Assembly: GCA_951406725.2 (NCBI GenBank)
Contig: OX597823.1
Coordinates: 75,702,001-75,766,000, forward strand
From: Octopus vulgaris
Taxonomy: Eukaryota
DNA: 64,000 nucleotides
Direction of reading: 5' to 3'
The notes below the pieces were generated by a model. The model was not told where the DNA came from. It searched no databases and saw nothing but the letters and a program-made list of their open reading frames with translations. Shown piece after piece: positions 59,046-64,000 of the stretch (its first letter is position 1; every line of letters starts with the position of its first letter). Made by a program: the position numbers and the translations under genes.

Positions 59046-60134
59046 TATATGTTTGTATATATATTCAAATAATGCATTGGATGAGAATATTTATATTACA
59101 CGAATGCACATATGCATGCACATTTATCTTAAGCACGTTCACACATTTAAATGCTCACAGTATGTATAACCACAAGCAAAACAGTTTAATATTGTATGGA
59201 AATCAAAGAAACTAAGTAAAAGCATCTACATATTTAGAAACCGCTGTCATGCTGGCAGCATTAAAATTGATAAAGATTTATGAAACAGAATAAATGCTGC
59301 AGCGTCCGTGTTTGGTAAATCCCAGGTGTGTGGGCATTGTATGGAATGCAAAGAAATAAAGAAAACAAAATTTAGAGAAGTTCCGTCTTGAGTTAGTGAT
59401 TGCAGAAACTATGTCCGACGAAGACACTTGCGAAACATATTTCACTCTACACACGTTTTAATATTCATGTCCTCCTCTAATTAAAAAGGAGAGATTGGAC
59501 TCATTCTAACATGTGATAGGGGAATAACTACACTGGAACCTACAATGAACAAGACATATAGGTTGTTGCAGCACATGCGTTAGTGATTGTATCAAATGAT
59601 ATATTGAAATCATTGAAATAAATATCAAATTTCTAAGAAACAATTGATTCCAATGATAACAATGTCCGTGTCACAAGATTATAAGAATTTTCGAAGAAAG
59701 AAAAGAATAATATGCTTCTGCTAAAACATGCAACAGGAAAACCACAGCTGTGTGCATGTTCATACAAGTGTCACTTACTACTAAGCACGTTGCTTTATGC
59801 ATATATCATGAAATATTTAAATAATTTTGTATTAAGAGAAGATTTGATGGTATGTGAAACATTAAGATACAAATATGTAAACGGCCTGGAAGTTATTTAA
59901 CAGAACACACTCACATAAACACAAATGCAAGTGTGGATATACAGCTATGTGTTTTCGATTGAAAAATGTTTCTTAATATATTATAAAAAGTAAGGGTAAA
60001 ATTGGAAGGTTGCAGGAGGATGATTTACCCAGTTTTGCCCATGATCGTATTTGAATATATGTAAAACATATTTTACCACGATATATTTGAATGTTGTAAG
60101 AGTGAGATGTCAAAATCTTTTTTAAAAGACGTCA

Positions 60135-60310
60135 TTGGTTTGAAATTTTGTCAGAAGGTCAGTAAATCTGGAGGAGGGGCGAAAGCGATTACATCGACAC
60201 CATTGCTCAACTATTACTTATTTTATAGACTCCAATAACATGAAAAGCAAATTCGACCTCGGCCGAATTTGAGTTTAGACCGTGAAGAAGGACGAAATGT
60301 CGCTAAGCAA
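60135..60310 (-). mobile_element. Degraded tRNA-derived SINE (OR-like family)
   Basis: cgattacatcgac...tcgacctcggccgaatttgag...gacgaaatgtcgctaagca. Confidence 0.75.
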
Positions 60311-60319
60311 ACACCTTCA

Positions 60320-61000
60320 AATGGCTGAGAGTAGTCATGGTGGTAATGATAGTTCTAGTTAAAATATTAACACGGAATAATAAATACCATTTAAAAGGAA
60401 ATTAATGGCAAGTATTGTGTGATAGAATTATAAAGTGAAATAACATATGAAAGGCAAATTGCAGAATAAGGTTTAGAACCTGATGCATTCATATAGGGAT
60501 AGAAACCACACATTAGTAGTTTAACCAAGAAAGTGTGTATCAGTGTACTAAATTTCAAATTAGAGTAATTAATATTTTAATGATTCTGGACCCTACTAAG
60601 TAGCAGTAATGCGGCGTACAATATTCGCAACAGAATAGAGAAGGGAATTGTATATGTTAAATTTGAGAATTATATTAATATAAATGAGTAAGGTTTTCAT
60701 GAAATAACGAAATATAGACATAGAAATATAATTTGCATTCGCTTTGGAACGGGAATAATAATATGGATTGTAAACATGGGACGAAACTGTATGTTGCGGA
60801 GATGAACCAAACTAAATGCTTTTAAATTTGGTGTTGATATGACATATTATTAAATATAGGGAGAACACATCCACAGGATATGATTAAGCGTAGATAGAAA
60901 TGAGGTATCAGATCGACAAATAGCTGCGATACGTTGAGAAATTTATGGATCCTTGTTTGGAGATTTTAGTCAATAATGTACGATATGAAACATAATATAT
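60320..61000 (+). mobile_element. Decayed RTE-like LINE 3' remnant
   Basis: Broken YGL*TW and KLNAF..WC...I motifs resemble RTE YG.ETW...L.AFE.WC.R.IL. Confidence 0.4.
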
Positions 61001-61844
61001 TTGCATGGGTATTTATAATTGATTTTGTGGTTATAATATACGTTTTATAGCTCCCGCGCTGTTTGTTCTGAAGAAGTTGTTTTAAATTTAACAAAGCAGT
61101 TTTCACCTAAACATTTTCTGTCGTGTACTTATTTTTCGGTTTGTCAATTTAACGAGTCTTCTTGATCATTAATTGTGTTGTTTCCTTTTGTAATGCTAAC
61201 AAATAAGCACAGGCTCACACATACATAATATTTCACTACAATTATATTCCCTTCAGTTACTTCGCTCAATGAATAATGAGAATCCATTTGAATTCAATGT
61301 TGACAGAGTTGCTTATAAAATTAAACATGATATAACAAAACGCAGCTCTAATGGCGATGTTTGAAGAATAGGTGCAAAAATATTATACGTATTCACACAT
61401 ATATATATTCCGACTTGTGTGTGTATATATGGAAATCTATCTATTTAGCTGTCTATCTATCTATCTAGCTAGCTATGTATATATGCATGTCTGTTCATGT
61501 GTGTGCGTTTGTGTGTGTGTAGACGAGGGTACGTAACAGTGATTACAAACAACGCAATATGCTTTCAGAGAGAAAAATATAACAAAAAACACTATATACA
61601 TATTTCAAGCCACATTGGAGTCTTCTTAATTATCCACGAATACATTAATTCTAAATCCACTGATGTTAGTGCAAAAATTAAATTGGATGCTCCAAATAAC
61701 AGTACTGAACGATTTCATAAAAGCTTGTTTGAATATAAAAAAACGGTGTGTGATAAATGTGTATCACATCGGGGCTACAACACACACATGTACACACACA
61801 CACACTCACGCATACTCTTTGTCTCTCTCTCTCTCACACGCATG

Positions 61845-61879
<35 letters not shown>

Positions 61880-61880
61880 G

Positions 61881-63118
61881 CGATGGGCGTTCAGTAAGTA
61901 ATGCCCCTGACCCACTTCCCATAGCAGTAGAGCAACGACACTTGGCACAGTTATTAGTCTTTTCCTACATAGGAACTACCCAGAGTTATGCATTTCTCCC
62001 ATCGTTTGATACAGCTCTGGAGACCGTTTTTGTAGAAGACCCCAGCTTGGTCCTCCAACCACGACGTGACTTGAGAAATCAAGGCTGCATCATCTGGGAA
62101 ACGCTTTCCTTTCAAAATCAACTTCATGGCTGCGAAGAGGTGAAAATCAGAGGGTGCAAGGGGAGGAGTTCATAGCTACACGCCTGTGCTTCTGATCTGG
62201 CGACACGCGAGTTTTGGACCGGAGCGTTGTCCTGCAGGAGGAGGATGCCTTTGCTGATCTTGCCCTACCTCTTGATTTTGATAGCTTCTCTTAATTTCAT
62301 CAAAAGTGAAGCATAATAGGCTCCTGTAATTGTGGTACCCTTTGCCAGGAAATCTGTCAGCACTACTCCGTCCTGGTCCCAGAAGACTGTGAGCATAACC
62401 TTGCCAGCGGAGGGCTGCACCCTTGCCTTCTTTGGAGGAGGTGAGTCACGGTGCTTTCACTGCATTGACTGGGCTTTGGTCTATGGATCATAGTGATGGA
62501 CCCAGGTTTTATCCTGTGTGATCAGTCTTTTGAAAAATTTTGACTCATCTTGGCACATCTCCAAATTCATCCTCGAGCACTCAACGCGTTCTTGCTTCTG
62601 GAAAGGTGTGAGCAACCTGGAAATCCATCTGGCAGACACCTTTTGCATATGCAAATGGTCATGAATGATAGTTTCCACAGACCCGGTACTAATCTTGACC
62701 TCATGGGCTATTTGGCGAACAGTTATGCGTTGACCTTCCAAAATGGCAGCCTCAACTTGACGGACAGACGTCTCATCAACGGCAGAAGGGGGCGACCAGA
62801 TCTGGGAGCTGTTTCCACAGAGTTCCGACTATGTTTGAATTCACAATGCCAGCGTTTTACCAGGTCATATGATGGGGCATCATGAGCATAAGTTACTTTC
62901 ATTTCATCAAAAGTCTCCCGTGGTATGCGTCCTTTCAAATACAAAAACCAGATCACTGCTCGACACTCAACAGGCTCCATTTCACACTTGACTCAGTTCA
63001 AACACCTGTAAATCAGAAACCAGAATTAATTCAGAGCTGTAATTTGCCACTTACTCTATTTCAGCTAGATCAAACAACTGCAAGTGGGTCAGGGGCATTA
63101 CTTATTGAACGCCCCTCG
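61881..63118 (-). mobile_element. Near full-length mariner transposon (~37-bp TIRs, defective transposase)
   Basis: TIRs cgatgggcgttcagtaagtaatgcccctgacccactt (61881-61917) and aagtgggtcaggggcattacttattgaacgcccctcg (63082-63118) followed by TA. Transposase MEPVECRAVI..., WISRLLT, ITQDKTWVHHYDP, KVMLTVFWD, QDNAP, LAPSDFHLF; frameshifts and a deleted HPPYSPD motif. Confidence 0.93.
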
Positions 63119-63489
63119 TATATACATCTATATGTATGAGAATGTGCTGCATTTGTGAGGGTTTTTTTATCTAGTTATCGTGTATTTATCTATCCTTAGT
63201 AACTAGCAAATATTTCCCTATCTGCTTCTATTATTTTCTTTAAACAACTTTATCTGCTACTCAGGGAATTTAATAATTAAATTCGAATAGCATTTCAGAA
63301 TATATGGTATAAATTCCTGCATCTATTTTTCATCCATTTATTCGTGTCAATGTCCTCTTTTACTTATTTCTGATTCTTTATCATGATAACCGAATCACCA
63401 TCATCATTATCATTATCCTGATTACTTCTCTCATTCGTCTTCGCCTACTCCTCATTTACATCATTGTTCCCTTATCATTTCCTGTTTTA

Positions 63490-63870
63490 GGCAGAAGACA
63501 CGAAATTTTTGAGGTGGAACCCTGTCGATTAGATCATCCACAGTACGCAACTGGTATTTAAATTATCGGGCCCGAAAGGATGAAAGGCAAAGTCGACCTC
63601 GGCGGAATTTGAACTCAGAACATAAAGACAGACGAAATATCTATATATTTACTACCCACAAGGAGCTAAACACGGAGGAGACAAACAAGGACAGCCAAAC
63701 GGATAAAGTCGATTACATCAACCCTAGTGCGTAACTGGTACTTAATTTATCGACCCTGACAGGATGAAAGGCAAAGTCGAGCTCGGCGGAATTTGAACTC
63801 AGAACGTAACGGCGGACGAAATACGGCCACGTATTTCGCCCGGCGTGCTGACGTTTCTGCCATGCTCAAC
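63490..63870 (-). mobile_element. Two tandem tRNA-derived SINE copies (OR-like family)
   Basis: Two copies of aggatgaaaggcaaagtcga.ctcggcggaatttgaactcagaac at ~63577 and ~63761, with different 3' tails. Confidence 0.9.
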
Positions 63871-63926
63871 GCCTTTATTGTTCACTTGCTGTTAAAGCAT
63901 GCACGCACGCACGCACACACACACAC

Positions 63927-63997
<71 letters not shown>

Positions 63998-64000
63998 CAT

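Noticed and set aside
59410-59450. ccgacga...gcgaaacatatttc HHR-like motif
   Set aside because: Core is mismatched and no stem I could be formed.

Overview
This is AT-rich, microsatellite-dense animal genomic DNA with no recognisable host gene, rRNA or true tRNA. Nearly all ORFs in the track are translations of simple repeats. The SINE families and the (TA)n/(CA)n/(AAT)n content suggest an octopus genome (inference). The window is mostly transposon debris: piggyBac, Tc1, two mariners, hAT, a Chapaev3-like remnant, a non-autonomous Helitron, CR1/L2, RTE and R4/Dong LINE remnants, and many tRNA-derived SINEs. The most notable structure is a young Penelope-like retroelement (PLE) at about 20.6-25.7 kb, with an RT C-terminus, a CxCx5C motif and a GIY-YIG endonuclease (Naiad-like). 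It carries three pseudo-LTR (pLTR) copies, each with an apparently intact type I hammerhead ribozyme (HHR). Other HHR or HHR-like motifs of unrelated sequence occur elsewhere: an inverted pair with an unusually long stem II (15.4-15.75 kb), one inside a tRNA-headed SINE-like element (48.4-48.8 kb), and a degenerate one at 3.9-4.0 kb. All structures and translations were read by eye; no database searches were run.
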